Shown here: positions 62,601 to 64,000 of the stretch, one piece after another | Layout: each line of letters starts with the position of its first letter | How positions within the stretch are numbered: position 1 is the stretch's first letter | Assembly: GCA_964036045.1 (NCBI GenBank) | Contig: OZ038379.1 | Coordinates: forward strand, 76,818,001-76,882,000 | Source of the DNA: Eutreptiella sp. 'Long Island Sound 2002' | Lineage: Eukaryota; Protista; Euglenida | Length of the DNA: 64,000 nucleotides | Reading direction: 5' to 3' | Program-made: the position numbers and the translations under genes | The notes under the pieces: generated by a model | Told to the model about the DNA's origin: nothing | The model's input: only the letters and a program-made list of their open reading frames with translations | Databases searched by the model: none

Positions 62601-64000
62601 AAAGACCGCTTGCTTTAGAGATGTGCCTCCATGGTTACGGCGATTGTCCTCAAATGAGGACGGAAAACGGCTCATTTTCACCTCAAAATGGACCATCACG
62701 TGGCACCACGGCGTGGTACACGCCTTATTGAACACCCATTTGCCATCCTTTGATAGCCCGATCGCCATGAAAGAGCAACGGCCCTCATCGAAAACACCTG
62801 CTTGGCGTAGCGGCGATCGTCCTGAACTTTCAGGACGATCGTCCTGAAAACGGCCGAAAACGGCCCAAAAACGGCCTTTTTTGGACACTAAATCGGCCGT
62901 AGAACGGGCTAGACGGCTCGAAAAGCAACGAAACTTGTTTGTGGTGATGCGCCTTGGCTCCCCGGTCGTTTTGAGCTACTTGGATGCCGGTTTTGAGCCA
63001 CGTTGTGGTCGCAAGGACGTTTGGACCGCCTGCTTGCTGCTGCTTGCTGCTGCTTGCTGCTTGTTGCTGCTGAAACGTGTAGCTCAGCCTTGGCCCCTAA
63101 AAGGTGGTGTAAAACCTCGACAGGGTAAACCCAGCTCGGTAATCAAGACTCGAACTAGGACCGAGCTGGGTCCCAATCTTGCGTAACGCATGGGAAATCA
63201 CCGTTGAAGAAAGAGCGCTTGCTTTAGAGATGTGCCTCCATGCTTACGGCGATTGTCCTGAAACACAACTGGAAAACAGCTCATCTTCACCTCAAAATGG
63301 ACCACCGCGTGGCACCATGGAGTGGTACACGCCTTATTGAACACCCATTTGCCATACTTTGATAGCCCAATCGCCATGAAAGAACAACGGCCCTCATTGG
63401 AAACACCTGCTTGGCGTAGCGGCGATCGTCCTGAACTTTCAGGACGATCGTCCTGAAAACGGCCAAAAAAAGCCCAAAAAAGGCCATTTTTGGACGCTAA
63501 ATCGGCCGTAGAACCGGCTAGACGGCTCGAAACGCAACGAAACTTGATTGTGGTGATGTGCCTTAGCTCCCCGGTCGTTTTGAGCTACTTGGATGCCGGT
63601 TTTGAGCCACGGTGTGGTCCCAAAGACTTTTTAACCGCCTGCTTGCTGCTACTGCTTGCTGCTGCTGCTTGCTGCTGCTGCTTGCTGCTGCTAAAACGTG
63701 TTACTCGGCCTTGGACCCTAAAAGGTGGTGTAAAACCTCGAAAGGGTAAACCCAGCTCGGTAATCAAGACTCGAACTAGGACCGAGCTGGGTCCTAGTCT
63801 TGCGTAACGCATTGGAAATCACCGTTGAAGAAAGACCGCTTGCTTTGCAGATGTACCTCAAGGGTCAGGACGATTGTGCTGAAACACGGCTCAGAAACGG
63901 CTCATTTTCACCTCAAAATGGACCACCGCGTGGCACCACGGCGTGGTACACGCCTTTTTGAACACCCATTTGCCATCCTTTGATAGCCCCATCGCCATGA
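56696..64000. mobile_element. Nested tandem array of a ~590-620-bp non-autonomous Helitron2/Helentron-like element (about 14 full or partial copies, both orientations, runs off the window)
   Basis: Copies read TTACCGAGCTGGGT...ACTAGGACCCAGCTCGGTCCTAGT TCGAGTCTTGA. They have a 12-bp asymmetric inverted repeat (ACCGAGCTGGGT / ACCCAGCTCGGT), a 9-bp-stem hairpin ~11 nt from one end, an internal GCT/GCTT microsatellite and no TSD. Forward copies start at 56696, 57299, ~57770 (partial), 58195, 61837 and 62426; reverse copies at 58751, 59355, 59955, 60573, 61188, 62534, 63143 and 63764. Confidence 0.75.

Noticed and set aside
1-64000. rRNA or tRNA genes, prokaryotic operon, or species assignment
   Set aside because: No conserved rRNA or tRNA motifs were seen. 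Microsatellites, satellites and Helitron/hAT elements indicate a eukaryote, but nothing identifies the taxon.

Overview
Gene-poor, repeat-dominated eukaryotic DNA; the organism cannot be identified from the sequence. I found no intact protein-coding gene, rRNA, tRNA or CRISPR array, and nearly all ORFs in the track are translations of tandem repeats. From left to right: (1) 1-1070, an 82-bp palindrome-containing repeat and a G-rich minisatellite. (2) ~1850-31487, a 43-bp satellite organised like alpha satellite: diverged monomeric flanks around 25 near-identical 982-bp higher-order repeats (HORs). A 2.47-kb TIR element with a 5-bp TSD sits in the left flank and an inverted block in the right flank. 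(3) 32714-45463, a 12.75-kb non-autonomous hAT-like element (TIR CAGGCCTGT, 8-bp TSD CCGTATAA), about 88% of which is a 31-bp satellite of ~364 copies. (4) 45.5-54.8 kb, decayed unidentified sequence with several small hairpin or inverted repeats. (5) 54856-56695, a disrupted Helitron2/Helentron-type RepHel N-terminus (DUF6570-like). (6) 56696 to the window end, a nested, orientation-switching concatemer of a ~605-bp Helitron-like element with asymmetric 12-bp sub-TIRs and a hairpin, which has inserted into the RepHel gene and into copies of itself. The main signal is tandem-array formation tied to transposons, in a possible (peri)centromeric region.
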